Notes under the pieces: generated by a model
Databases searched by the model: none
Told to the model about the DNA's origin: nothing
Seen by the model: the letters and a program-made list of their open reading frames with translations, nothing else
Origin: Deltaproteobacteria bacterium
GTDB taxonomy: Bacteria; Desulfobacterota; JAJRXV01
Direction: 5' to 3'
Length of the DNA: 50,090 nucleotides
Assembly (NCBI GenBank): GCA_024275075.1
Contig: JAJRZU010000050.1
Span: 1 to 50,090 of the forward strand
Translations under genes and position numbers: made by a program
Shown: piece by piece, positions 38,259 to 47,744 of the stretch
How the letters are laid out: every line of letters begins with the position of its first letter
Position numbering within the stretch: position 1 is the stretch's first letter

Positions 38259-39806
38259 TTACTTATTTGCCTGCTTCAAGCCCTTTACATTTTCGTAATA
38301 AAGAAATTCATCATTGTCTTTTCCCTGCGGGACAAAATCATCTATAATTGGGAAGGAATCCAAAGCCTTGGCGATGTTTGCCCGCAAGAAAGAGTCTACC
38401 CATTTAAATATGTTATTCTCTTTGATCGAGCGCCGCATCCGCCGCATCCTTGTTTTTTGCTCTTCCCTGTCCATCGTGAATGCCCGGTATATAGTCTCCG
38501 CTACACCCTCTATGTCATAAGGGTTGACTAACAACGCGTTTCGTTGCAGCTGCGCGGCGACCCCGGCAAACTCGCTTAGGATAAGAGCGCCATGCTCCTC
38601 GACGCTCGAGGCGCAGTATTCCTTAGCGACGAGGTTCATACCATCTTTCAATGGTGTGACAAGCGCGATCTCACACGTGCGGTAATATGCGAGCAGCTCT
38701 GCCCGGCTAACGCTGCGAAAGATATAGTGTATGGGTACCCAGCCCGAACGCGTGAACTGGCCGTTTATCTCACCCACCAGCCGCTCGATCTCTATCTTCA
38801 GGTCATAGTACTCTGGTATATCCTCGCGGCTTGGTACGACTATCTGTATCAACGTGGCTCTGTTTCGCATCTCAGGGAATCGTATCAAAGCATTCCTGAA
38901 CGCTTCTAATTTATCTGGTATCCCCTTCGTATAGTCCAGGCGGTCGACGCCAAGGATAAGGCAGCAGTGCGGGAGGTCTTCGTGCAGGTACCACGCCCTC
39001 TCAGAGACCTCCTTCGTCTCCGCCATGTTCGCGAATTCATTATAATCGATGCTGATCGGGAAAGTACCGATCCGGGATTCCCTCTTACCGATGCGGCACC
39101 TGATAACCTGCCCTTTACCATGGATAACAGCGTCCTTTAGAAGCATACGAACGCACTGGACAAAATTCCTTCTGTCTCGCAGCGTCTGGAACCCGATGAG
39201 GTCATATTCCAGCAGTGCGCGCAGTATCTGAAACCGCCACGGCAGTTTGACAAAAATATCAAGAGAGGGGAAAGGTATATGCAAAAAGAAACCGGTCTTG
39301 TTATTTACATTCATCTGCTTAAGCTCGCTCGCGACGTTCATCAGGTGATAATCATGCACCCAGATATAATCATCGTTCTTAGTGTTTTTCGCGATCGCCT
39401 CGGCAAATTTGAGGTTGACAGCTTTGTAGGAGTTCCAGTATTTTGGCGCGAAATTGCACCGGGTCTGGAGATCATGGAATAGTGGCCAGATTATCTCGTT
39501 TGAAAACCCGTAATAGAAATTCTTGATCTCGCTTTCTGACAGGTTTACGGGCTTAAGTGTATATCCTGACTGGCCTGCCGCGCTCTTAAGAAGGGTTGAC
39601 AAATCAATACTTCTGGTCTCTTCCTCGGTCACGCCTGTCCAGCCTATCCATACGCCGCCACGGTTTTTCAGTACCGGTGCGAGCGCAGTTACAAGTCCGC
39701 CGGAACCAGGCTCGACATTCCACTCATCCGCACCTTTGTTCAATACGATAGGTAGCCTGTTTGAAACGATTACCAGTCGCTTTTTATGAGTATCTTCAGC
39801 CGACAT
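38259..39806 (-). CDS. otsA: Trehalose-6-phosphate synthase
   Basis: SNRLP, GGLV, WVHDYHL, LGVDRLDYTKG and DGMNLVAKE motifs. Confidence 0.96.
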   Translation of the reverse strand: MSAEDTHKKRLVIVSNRLPIVLNKGADEWNVEPGSGGLVTALAPVLKNRGGVWIGWTGVTEEETRSIDLSTLLKSAAGQSGYTLKPVNLSESEIKNFYYGFSNEIIWPLFHDLQTRCNFAPKYWNSYKAVNLKFAEAIAKNTKNDDYIWVHDYHLMNVASELKQMNVNNKTGFFLHIPFPSLDIFVKLPWRFQILRALLEYDLIGFQTLRDRRNFVQCVRMLLKDAVIHGKGQVIRCRIGKRESRIGTFPISIDYNEFANMAETKEVSERAWYLHEDLPHCCLILGVDRLDYTKGIPDKLEAFRNALIRFPEMRNRATLIQIVVPSREDIPEYYDLKIEIERLVGEINGQFTRSGWVPIHYIFRSVSRAELLAYYRTCEIALVTPLKDGMNLVAKEYCASSVEEHGALILSEFAGVAAQLQRNALLVNPYDIEGVAETIYRAFTMDREEQKTRMRRMRRSIKENNIFKWVDSFLRANIAKALDSFPIIDDFVPQGKDNDEFLYYENVKGLKQANK

Positions 39807-39814
39807 CTTTCCCC

Positions 39815-40882
39815 CTAAGCAACGGTTGCTGAATCTTTCTTTATATACAATGTCTGGGTCGGGTAGGCGAACTGAATACCCTCATCATTGAACTTGCGCA
39901 TTATCGCGACGTTTATCGCCTGCTGGATATCCATATAGACATTGTAATCAGGACTTAATACAATGTAAACGACCTCAAAGACCAGCGCAAAGTCACCGTA
40001 TTCCTTAAAATGCGCTCTGTCAAAACGGGTATCCGACTGCTTCTGGACGACCTCCTTTATCATGAGAGGTATCGCTTCCACCTTCTCTGCCGGTGTATCA
40101 TAAGTCATCCCCAGGGTAAATACGACGCGGCGCTCGAGCATCCGCTTGTAGTTCCGTACCCTGCTTTGCAAAAGATCGTTGTTCGAGAAGATTACCTGTT
40201 CGCCTGACAGGCTTCGGATGCGGGTTGTCTTCAAACCGATATGCTCGACACTCCCCAGATAATCCCCGACGATGATGAAGTCACCGATAACAAAAGGCTT
40301 GTCGAGCACGATAGACAAGGACGCGAGCAGATCGCCGAGTATGTTCTGGACGGCAAGCGCGACGGCTATGCCCCCGACGCCAAGGCCGGCGATAAGGGCG
40401 GTGACGTCTATCCCCAAGTTATCCAATACTAACAGAAATGTCACTACCCAAAGCGTTACCTTCGCGATGAAGCTAAGTGCGGAAATGGTAGTCGCGTTCG
40501 ATGTATCATGCTCTAATTTTCGTTTGACATAGCTCTTGCTCCAGATCGAGATGAACGCACTGCCCCAGAGAGCCGACTGGAGTATCAGCGCGATCACAGC
40601 CGCCGTGTTGATAATGATTGAAGCCGCCGCGGTCAGGTTCAGGACAAACGTACCGGCATATATTGAGAGTATTAAAAGGAAAATAAACTTCGTCTTTTTG
40701 AAAAGGTCTACGATGGTATCATCCATGGTGGTCTTTGTCTTTTTTGCGAACTGCGCCAACCGGTCAGTGATAATCTTCTTTATTATCTCTAATAAAATGA
40801 CGCCGAAAAAGGTGATTATTACGGCTAATAGCCATTTTGCCAGGGTGTTGTTATAGAATACTTCGTTTAATATCTCAATCAG
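39815..40882 (-). CDS. mscS: MscS-family mechanosensitive channel (probable CTG start)
   Basis: GLGVGGIAVALAVQ, DKPFVIGD and FAYPT motifs. The open frame extends upstream of TTG 40759 to a CTG that overlaps the otsB TGA. Confidence 0.88.
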   Translation of the reverse strand: MIEILNEVFYNNTLAKWLLAVIITFFGVILLEIIKKIITDRLAQFAKKTKTTMDDTIVDLFKKTKFIFLLILSIYAGTFVLNLTAAASIIINTAAVIALILQSALWGSAFISIWSKSYVKRKLEHDTSNATTISALSFIAKVTLWVVTFLLVLDNLGIDVTALIAGLGVGGIAVALAVQNILGDLLASLSIVLDKPFVIGDFIIVGDYLGSVEHIGLKTTRIRSLSGEQVIFSNNDLLQSRVRNYKRMLERRVVFTLGMTYDTPAEKVEAIPLMIKEVVQKQSDTRFDRAHFKEYGDFALVFEVVYIVLSPDYNVYMDIQQAINVAIMRKFNDEGIQFAYPTQTLYIKKDSATVA

Positions 40883-41670
40883 TTATCTCCACAAGCTCTC
40901 TTCCAGCGTAATAGGAACTCTAAAAGTTCTTCGGGGGGCTCGATCCAGAGATCCGCCGCTGTCGCCCGCAGCCCGCCCCTCACAAGGACGCCAAGCCCCC
41001 TTCGCTTGATCGCCCTGAAAGCGTCCTCATCGGTCAGATCATCCCCCAGATATGCCGATACAGTATCTTCACCCATCTCAGCAAGGATTGCGTCTATCGC
41101 GCCGCCTTTATTCCCGCCTGATGTGCGAAGCTCAATACCACCATCAAATTCGTGTAAAGTCAGATTACTCCCTTTTGCGAGAAAAGTCCATTCTTTTATG
41201 ACTTTTTCGCGTATCTCATTGATAAGATTAGCAGATAACCCTCTTAGGTGTATCGCGCGCGAGGCGGGTTTCTTCTCATAATGATCCGCCAATCGCTCGA
41301 AAAGTACCCAGTTATCCGCTTTTATTAGAATGTCAGATGTGATCTCGTCTATCTTTGGCGCAAAGTAAGCGCCGTCTGGCATCATGCGCTCTGAGCCGTG
41401 CGAGCCCCAAATCTCCGGCAGCTTCTTCAGGCCGAGCAGGGGAATCAGGTCACTCACCGCGCGTCCGCTGATCAAAACTAACCGCGCAGCGCCGGTGCTG
41501 ATAATATCATCTATGATCTCTCGTACGCCTTCGTACGGATACGCCTTGTCGCGCTCATCGCGAAACGGCGCGAGAGTACCGTCGTAATCAAGCAGTAACG
41601 CCCGATTCTCAGCGTTTTTTACTTCGTCAAAGAAATCATCTAAATCAAAACCAGACTCAAGAATTTTCAT
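40879..41670 (-). CDS. otsB: Trehalose-6-phosphate phosphatase
   Basis: LDYDGTL, SGR, GSHG and GDDLTDEDAF HAD motifs. Confidence 0.93.
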   Translation of the reverse strand: MKILESGFDLDDFFDEVKNAENRALLLDYDGTLAPFRDERDKAYPYEGVREIIDDIISTGAARLVLISGRAVSDLIPLLGLKKLPEIWGSHGSERMMPDGAYFAPKIDEITSDILIKADNWVLFERLADHYEKKPASRAIHLRGLSANLINEIREKVIKEWTFLAKGSNLTLHEFDGGIELRTSGGNKGGAIDAILAEMGEDTVSAYLGDDLTDEDAFRAIKRRGLGVLVRGGLRATAADLWIEPPEELLEFLLRWKRACGDN

Positions 41671-41696
41671 AATCTATATATAAATTTCCGGTAAGA

Positions 41697-42938
41697 TCAA
41701 CCTAACACGATCCGGTCTTCCGCGCCGTGTATCAGCCCGACCATAAGGGTCAGGTGCTCCCGTAACTGCCGCGTGAGCAGGAAATTCTCTCTCACAAAAT
41801 CACGCGCCTTCTTACCCATCTCCTTTAATTTGTTGCGGTGATGGAGCAGGTAGCGTATCCGTAGCGCGGCGCCCTCTGGCGTGTTCACAAGGAAACCGGT
41901 ATGGTGGTCAATAACCTGCAAACGGATGCCGCCGGTATTACCACCTATTACGGGTTTACTTTTCCACATCGCCTCGGTGACCGTCAGGCCGAACCCTTCC
42001 TTTATCGATTTCTGGAGCACTATGTCAGATGCGCGCTGCAACGCGTTGATAGTTGTGTGCGCATCCGCGGGCAGTAAAAGCACATGGATATCAGGGTCGC
42101 CCGAAGCGGCGCCCCGCACCTCTTTTAATACCGCTTCTCCCTCGGGGTCGTCTGTCGCTTCGCCACCGGCAAGCACTAACTGCAAAGTCGGTATGAATCT
42201 TTTAGTCAACTTGTAAGACTGTATGACACCGATCGGATCCTTAAATTTATCAAAACGCGAGACCTGCAATATAATCGGGCGGTCAGGGTCAAGGTCAAAA
42301 TCAGGGAAAACGGCTCTGACCTCTTTCGCGCTTATCGACTTGTTCTTGTCGCTTAACGGGTCGATACTTGGTGGGATCAGGTACTGGGGGTGCGACAACG
42401 CCTGCGAAAACACGGCCAGCGAAAAGATGCTCGCGTCATATTCCGAGACAAAATCCCGTAAATATTTCCATACCTGCCGGTTCGGGTGGCTGCCGTCTAT
42501 GTGACACCGCCAGATCCACCTGCCTTTCCGGTTCGGGCAGAACTTAAGCACCGCCGCGGGTTGAGGGTCGTGTATGAATACGAAATCAGCTTCTTCGAGC
42601 ATCTCCCTGAACTCATCTGCGAAATCATTGTTGGTCTGCTCATAGACCTTCAGTAAATTCTGTGGTATCTCTACATGACTGCCCTGAAGCGCGTTATGGA
42701 AATACTTTGTACACTGATAAAAGTCCGATCTGCCCAAAATCACTTCCCACTTCACGTCCAGCCCCAACTCCTGCTGCAACGGTACAAGCTTCGTCAGTAT
42801 CTCGGCAACGCCGCCTCCTATGCGGGTCGAGTTGATATGAAGCACCTTCATACCTTTTAATGGCACAGATAGCTGCCTGAGATGATCGATTACATCTTCA
42901 CCGGCAACTTTCGCGTACGATTCTAATAATGTGGTCAC
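41697..42938 (-). CDS. treT: Trehalose glycosyltransferring synthase (GT4)
   Basis: NSTRIGGGVAE, FHNALQG, IHDPQP, WRCHID, SRFDKFKDP and EGFGLTVTEAMWK motifs. Confidence 0.88.
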   Translation of the reverse strand: MTTLLESYAKVAGEDVIDHLRQLSVPLKGMKVLHINSTRIGGGVAEILTKLVPLQQELGLDVKWEVILGRSDFYQCTKYFHNALQGSHVEIPQNLLKVYEQTNNDFADEFREMLEEADFVFIHDPQPAAVLKFCPNRKGRWIWRCHIDGSHPNRQVWKYLRDFVSEYDASIFSLAVFSQALSHPQYLIPPSIDPLSDKNKSISAKEVRAVFPDFDLDPDRPIILQVSRFDKFKDPIGVIQSYKLTKRFIPTLQLVLAGGEATDDPEGEAVLKEVRGAASGDPDIHVLLLPADAHTTINALQRASDIVLQKSIKEGFGLTVTEAMWKSKPVIGGNTGGIRLQVIDHHTGFLVNTPEGAALRIRYLLHHRNKLKEMGKKARDFVRENFLLTRQLREHLTLMVGLIHGAEDRIVLG

Positions 42939-42984
42939 ACCTACTCCTCTTTTAATGAAATTCTACTCTTTTTACCACATAACG

Positions 42985-43019
42985 TCGGATTCGTCGCAAG
43001 CTCCTTAATCCGACCTATG
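42985..43019 (-). repeat. GTAG-type REP-like palindrome
   Basis: Minus strand ATAG-GTCGGATT-AAGGAGCTTGCGACG-AATCCGAC. Confidence 0.6.
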
Positions 43020-43021
43020 CG

Positions 43022-43159
43022 GCTAATATATTGGGTGAAGCATCATGCTTCCTCTTTAAATGAAATAATAAGTCAAGCAATAACCTACAATGCTTCCAAT
43101 TTGAGCGAAATAATGTATATTGCTAATATATTGGGTGAAGCATCATGCTTCCTCTTTAA
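43022..43159. repeat. Perfect 38-bp direct repeat (43022-43059 and 43122-43159)
   Basis: GCTAATATATTGGGTGAAGCATCATGCTTCCTCTTTAA occurs twice with a 100-bp period. Confidence 0.95.
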
Positions 43160-43853
43160 TATTTTTAAAATAATTTTTGAACAATGTGATAAGCTGTTGC
43201 CGCAGCTCTGATAAAGAAATAAAGTACGGGTCTATAGTCTTTAGCTTTTTGCTCAGGTCGCTATAGCTGCTGCCGAACCCGTCTAACCACGCCTCAAAGT
43301 CATCCAGACTATCTTCGGTACGACGACGGGCGTCGATGAAATGGTAATAGATACTGCTGACCGACATCCCCGGTATCGCCTGCGCGAGCTCATGCGGCGA
43401 GCTTATCCGCTTATGGGTATCAAACACGACTATCTGCGACCGGATAAAGTGAAACTGCTGGTCGCTCCTCGCCCACGGTATCCACTCGCTCTCATCCAGA
43501 CGCTCCTCTATTACATCTAAAAGCTCTTGCCTCAACGACTCCAGATCCGTGTAGTCCGTCGGGTCGATCACGCTCAGACGCTCCGCCAATGATGTGTCAT
43601 GGAGACCGTGGCGCGCCCAGCCGGCAAAATCGTTGTTGAACTCCGGGTCGTCGAATCTCGGTCGGAGCAGCCCCCCCCAGAAATGGTAGTAAATGCTCCC
43701 TGAGTGTATTCTCTGAAGATTGTCCCGAAGCTCCCGAAGGTTCTGCGCCCTAAGGCCGGTGGCGACCGCCGCCAGAGCGCAGTCCTTTACGGCAAACGGC
43801 ACCGGCGCCGGCTTCGCTGAATTGTTGTTAGTTGAATTATTGTTATCTGTCAT
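43143..43853 (-). CDS. DUF5752 (TreT-associated OrfY-like) protein
   Basis: Duplicated SIYYHF...(N/D)DF..W modules; lies upstream of treT. Confidence 0.85.
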   Translation of the reverse strand: MTDNNNSTNNNSAKPAPVPFAVKDCALAAVATGLRAQNLRELRDNLQRIHSGSIYYHFWGGLLRPRFDDPEFNNDFAGWARHGLHDTSLAERLSVIDPTDYTDLESLRQELLDVIEERLDESEWIPWARSDQQFHFIRSQIVVFDTHKRISSPHELAQAIPGMSVSSIYYHFIDARRRTEDSLDDFEAWLDGFGSSYSDLSKKLKTIDPYFISLSELRQQLITLFKNYFKNIKEEA

Positions 43854-43895
43854 ATTGCCCGCCTGGATCGTTTAGTATCTTCATCATCGTATGAA

Positions 43896-43924
43896 ATTAT
43901 AAGTAATTAAATATGTTATGTCAA
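43896..43924 (-). promoter_or_regulatory. Sigma70 consensus promoter for the trehalose operon
   Basis: Minus strand TTGACA-17 nt-TATAAT. Confidence 0.8.
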
Positions 43925-43976
43925 GTACGATATTTCACTAACGCGATGGTTTGAAAGGAGTAACGCAGTAGCGGAG

Positions 43977-44000
43977 CCCCCCCTCTTGATGGGAGGGGGA
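43977..44000. repeat. Palindrome family C copy
   Basis: CCCCCCCTC-TTGAT-GGGAGGGGG. Confidence 0.55.
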
Positions 44001-44056
44001 TGTTTTCTTGCTCCCGTGCATCTGGATGCCCCACCAGTTGAGGTGGTCGTTTATTC

Positions 44057-44085
44057 TTGACTTAATCAAGGTAAAAATATAAAAT
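44057..44085 (+). promoter_or_regulatory. Sigma70-like promoter for the miaB operon
   Basis: TTGACT-17 nt-TAAAAT. Confidence 0.6.
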
Positions 44086-44154
44086 CAGGTTGTATATTCA
44101 TTATTAACACGGCAACTAAATAAGTATGCTTTCTTGTCAAAAATATAGCAGGTT

Positions 44155-44245
44155 GTCATTCCTGCGAAAGCAGGAATCCAGGTGTTATTATCAGATTTAT
44201 GGATCCCCGCTTTCGCGGGGATAACGGTGGTGTGCGGGGATGACG
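44155..44245. repeat. Inverted pair of GTCATTCC(C/T)GCGAAAGC(G/A)GGAATCCA-type palindromes (dRS3/REP-like)
   Basis: GTCATTCCTGCGAAAGCAGGAATCCAG...TGGATCCCCGCTTTCGCGGGGATAAC, plus a partial GCGGGATGAC. Confidence 0.75.
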
Positions 44246-44297
44246 TGTCGTAAAAGCACACTGTTTGATTGCCGGGTTAATATAAAGGAAAAGAAGC

Positions 44298-45623
44298 GTG
44301 AAGAGACTGTATATAAAGACTTTCGGGTGCCAGATGAACGAGTATGATTCCATGCGGGTCGCGCGGCTGCTCGCACCACTCGGGTATGAGATGACCGACG
44401 ATAAGTGCGGCGCGGATCTGATCGTGTTGAACACGTGCAGCATACGGCAAAAGGCGGAGGGGAAGGTCTACAGCATGTTGGGCAGGCTCCGGCCGTTAAA
44501 GCAAGAGAATGAAAACCTGATCATCGCTGTCGGTGGCTGTGTCGCCCAGCAGGAGGGGAAGAAATTGCTTGGCAGGATGAGGCACGTCAGCCTGGTATTC
44601 GGTACGAAGAGCGTCTCGAACCTGCCGGCTATGATAAAGAAAATTGAGCGAAGCGGCGGGCGGTATGTAGATACCGGTGAGGCTGAGCACCGCGAGACTG
44701 CTTTTGATGATGCCTTCGATCATAATAAAGGCGATTCGAAAGCTTTGATCACAATAATCGAAGGGTGCAATAATTTTTGCGCGTACTGCATCGTACCGCA
44801 TGTGCGCGGGCGGGAGCGGAGCCGGCGGGCGCACGACATACTCGACGAGGCGCGGGTTCTTGTCAGAAGCGGCGTGAAGGAGATAACGTTGCTTGGTCAG
44901 AACGTGAACTCATATCATGACAGCAGTAACGGTACGACGGATTTCCCTGCGCTTTTGCGCAAGGTGGCGGCGACTAACGGGCTTGAGCGGCTCAGGTTCG
45001 TCACATCACACCCGAAGGATCTGACCGATGAGCTCATATCGTGTTTCAAGGAGCTCCCGACGCTTTGCAACCATATACACTTACCGGTGCAGGCTGGCTC
45101 TGACAGAGTCCTTGAAAGGATGAACAGAAAGTATACCCGCGGGGAATATTTAAATAAAGTTGATAAATTACGAAAAGTCTGTCATAATATAAGCATATCT
45201 ACGGATATAATCGTAGGTTTCCCAGGGGAGAGTCGGGACGATTTTAACAAGACCATGGAGCTGGTGAGGGAAGTGGAATACGACCACAGCTACTCTTTCA
45301 AGTTCTCCACCAGGGCGGGCACCAAGGCGGCGGGCTTTGATGATGACGTGTCGGGCGCAGAGAAGTCGGTGCGGCTAAGTGAGCTCCAGGCATTACAAAA
45401 GGAGATAATCTTTTCTAAAAACAAGGAGTTCGAGGGGACGAGCGCAAGCGTTTTGGTCGAAGGCGTCTCCAAGACGAATGAGGAGCTGCTCACCGGCAGG
45501 ACCACCTGTAACCGGATTGTCAATTTTTCAGGTGACAGCGCTCTTGTGGGGAAGATAGTCAACGTGAATATAACGAAAGCTTTTATGAACTCGCTTCGGG
45601 GTGAGGCAGCGGTAGACCATTGA
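44298..45623 (+). CDS. miaB: tRNA-i(6)A37 methylthiotransferase
   Basis: TFGCQMN, NTCSIR, GCVAQ, GCNNFCAYC, TSHP; C-terminal TRAM domain. Confidence 0.97.
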   Translation: MKRLYIKTFGCQMNEYDSMRVARLLAPLGYEMTDDKCGADLIVLNTCSIRQKAEGKVYSMLGRLRPLKQENENLIIAVGGCVAQQEGKKLLGRMRHVSLVFGTKSVSNLPAMIKKIERSGGRYVDTGEAEHRETAFDDAFDHNKGDSKALITIIEGCNNFCAYCIVPHVRGRERSRRAHDILDEARVLVRSGVKEITLLGQNVNSYHDSSNGTTDFPALLRKVAATNGLERLRFVTSHPKDLTDELISCFKELPTLCNHIHLPVQAGSDRVLERMNRKYTRGEYLNKVDKLRKVCHNISISTDIIVGFPGESRDDFNKTMELVREVEYDHSYSFKFSTRAGTKAAGFDDDVSGAEKSVRLSELQALQKEIIFSKNKEFEGTSASVLVEGVSKTNEELLTGRTTCNRIVNFSGDSALVGKIVNVNITKAFMNSLRGEAAVDH

Positions 45624-45643
45624 CAGAAACAGAGGGTGAAATC

Positions 45644-46141
45644 ATGTTTGTTAAAGTGAAGGTGGCGGGTATAGCGATCGACCCGCTCGCGAACACACCG
45701 ATAGTGATATTGAAGGATCTCGAGGAGCAGAGCGTCGTACCGATCTGGATAGGTATATTAGAGGCGAGCGCGATTGCCGCGGAGCTTGAGAAGATCAAGC
45801 TGTCACGGCATCTCACTCATGTCCTTATAAAGAACGTCTTAACCTCGCTGGGCGTCAAGCTTGAGAAGATCGAGATAAATGACCTGCAGGAGAACACTTT
45901 CTTTGCGTCTTTGTTCCTTAAAAGAGGCGGGGAGCTGATAGAAGTGGACGCGCGCCCGTCAGACGCGATCGCGCTTGCGCTTAGCATGGAGTCCCCCATC
46001 TATGTCGAAGAAGATGTGATAAAAAAATCCGGTAAGATGGACATTACCGCCGATGGCGAAAAAAGGGAATATGACAAGAAGAAATGGGCGGAGATATTAG
46101 AGAACCTGTCGCCCGAGGATTTCGGTAAGTATAAGATGTAG
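45644..46141 (+). CDS. Bifunctional nuclease family (DUF151) protein
   Basis: PIWIG..EA and DARPSDAIALA motifs; EDFGKYKM C-terminus. Confidence 0.9.
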   Translation: MFVKVKVAGIAIDPLANTPIVILKDLEEQSVVPIWIGILEASAIAAELEKIKLSRHLTHVLIKNVLTSLGVKLEKIEINDLQENTFFASLFLKRGGELIEVDARPSDAIALALSMESPIYVEEDVIKKSGKMDITADGEKREYDKKKWAEILENLSPEDFGKYKM

Positions 46142-46169
46142 CTGAAACTTTATTTTTTAGGATAATTAT

Positions 46170-47744
46170 TTGAACGTTGACAAAAACATTGCAAGTGACG
46201 CGATCCCTTTTGAGCAGGCCTTTTTGGATATCGGCAAGAACAAATTACTCACCGTACTGGATTCTTGTTATAAGATCATCAGCGGAAACGATTCTCAGAC
46301 CGTCCATGAGCGCATACTAAGTGAGTCACTAAGGATCATGCGCGCGGATAAGGGTTTTTTCTTCATCATAAAAGATAGTAAAGAACCTTTTGAAATAATC
46401 GATTACCTTGGCAGCAATGAAGCTGAGCTGAAGAGATGGAGCTCCATCAGCCTGTTCGTTAAAGATGAGCTGCAAATAAACAGTAAAGTTTTTTATGAGA
46501 TCCAGGAAGACAGGAAAGTAGACCTGAACTCGCTTATAATACCGGTGCATTATAAGGATAAGCTGTACGGGTTCTTAAAATTGGCGCAAAGGCAGGGGCT
46601 GGGTAAGTTCTCAAAGCTTGACCTGAGCCTTGCCAACGAGCTGATCGATTTTATCAATGTCGCCATAACAAAACATGAAGACGCAGAAACAGCTGAGCAG
46701 GGCTCTTTAGGTCTTTATGGCAGGAGAGCGTTTCGGGCGAATTATTTTACTGAATATCTCGCGAATGAGCTTAGGCGCGCGCACCGGTATAAGAAGGCGT
46801 TTTCTCTCATAGATTTAGAAATCGATAATTTTGATTCTATCAAGAAGAAGTTTAGTGGTAAAACGATTAATAATTTTATCATCGGGCTTTTAGAACGGCT
46901 TAATGAAATAATACGAGAGACAGACTTCATTACTGAGGAAGCGGAAGCGAAGTACCTGATAATGCTCCCAGAGACAGACTATTTTGGTTCGCTTATCACC
47001 GTCAGGAAAATTAACAGTATCCTTTCGCAGGGCTTGACAATCAAGGATGATAATTTCTCCGCACCGGTCTCGCTCATGATCAGTTCCGCGACATATTTAA
47101 AAGACGGCGAGACTGGGGAAGAGATTCTGCGGAACTTGAAGGCGCGCACAAAGAACGCGAAGAGCAGTATCGCGACGAAGCTGGATATAAAGAAAAAACC
47201 GTTTATCGAGATATTAAAGGCGTTGACTGACGGCGGGCAGTTAGCCGAGGTTTTAGCGCCTGATAAGAAGGGATATGATAAGCTCTCTTTACAAGAGACT
47301 CTTCAGGATGAAAAAGGCACCACGAGGTTCGCGTCGTTCCCGTCGCTTATGATAAACCAGGTAGAGAATATCATACTTAACGAAGCCTGGATCAACCCTG
47401 AGCGCGGCGGTATTATCTTCATCGGGAAACCTTCATTAGAGGATACCCTCGCCATGCTGAAGAACCTGCCGAACATCAAGAAAGCCAAGTCGCGGCTCTT
47501 TTTGATAACAAAACAGTGTGAGAAAGAGATTGTCTACCCGAATATAACTTATATATTTACTGCCGACGTGACCATAAAGGATTACTATTTCATAGTATAT
47601 CTGAACGAGGAGTACGCGTACGGCCTGTTTGCGAAAAAGGGGATGGGTGATACTTATAAAGGTTTTCACACTTCTGATTCGTTTTTTATAGAGAATCTGG
47701 TGGTAAAGCTCCAGAACCAGTACCTGTTACAGGAAAAACTATAA
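46170..47744 (+). CDS. GAF + degenerate GGDEF + C-terminal extension protein
   Basis: GAF-like N-terminus; ELRRAHRY, IRETD and MLPETDYFG motifs; no GG(D/E)EF. Confidence 0.75.
   Translation: MNVDKNIASDAIPFEQAFLDIGKNKLLTVLDSCYKIISGNDSQTVHERILSESLRIMRADKGFFFIIKDSKEPFEIIDYLGSNEAELKRWSSISLFVKDELQINSKVFYEIQEDRKVDLNSLIIPVHYKDKLYGFLKLAQRQGLGKFSKLDLSLANELIDFINVAITKHEDAETAEQGSLGLYGRRAFRANYFTEYLANELRRAHRYKKAFSLIDLEIDNFDSIKKKFSGKTINNFIIGLLERLNEIIRETDFITEEAEAKYLIMLPETDYFGSLITVRKINSILSQGLTIKDDNFSAPVSLMISSATYLKDGETGEEILRNLKARTKNAKSSIATKLDIKKKPFIEILKALTDGGQLAEVLAPDKKGYDKLSLQETLQDEKGTTRFASFPSLMINQVENIILNEAWINPERGGIIFIGKPSLEDTLAMLKNLPNIKKAKSRLFLITKQCEKEIVYPNITYIFTADVTIKDYYFIVYLNEEYAYGLFAKKGMGDTYKGFHTSDSFFIENLVVKLQNQYLLQEKL

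Noticed and set aside
43022-43159. Mini-CRISPR array
   Set aside because: Only two repeats, a 62-bp spacer, one repeat overlaps a gene end, and there are no cas genes in the window.
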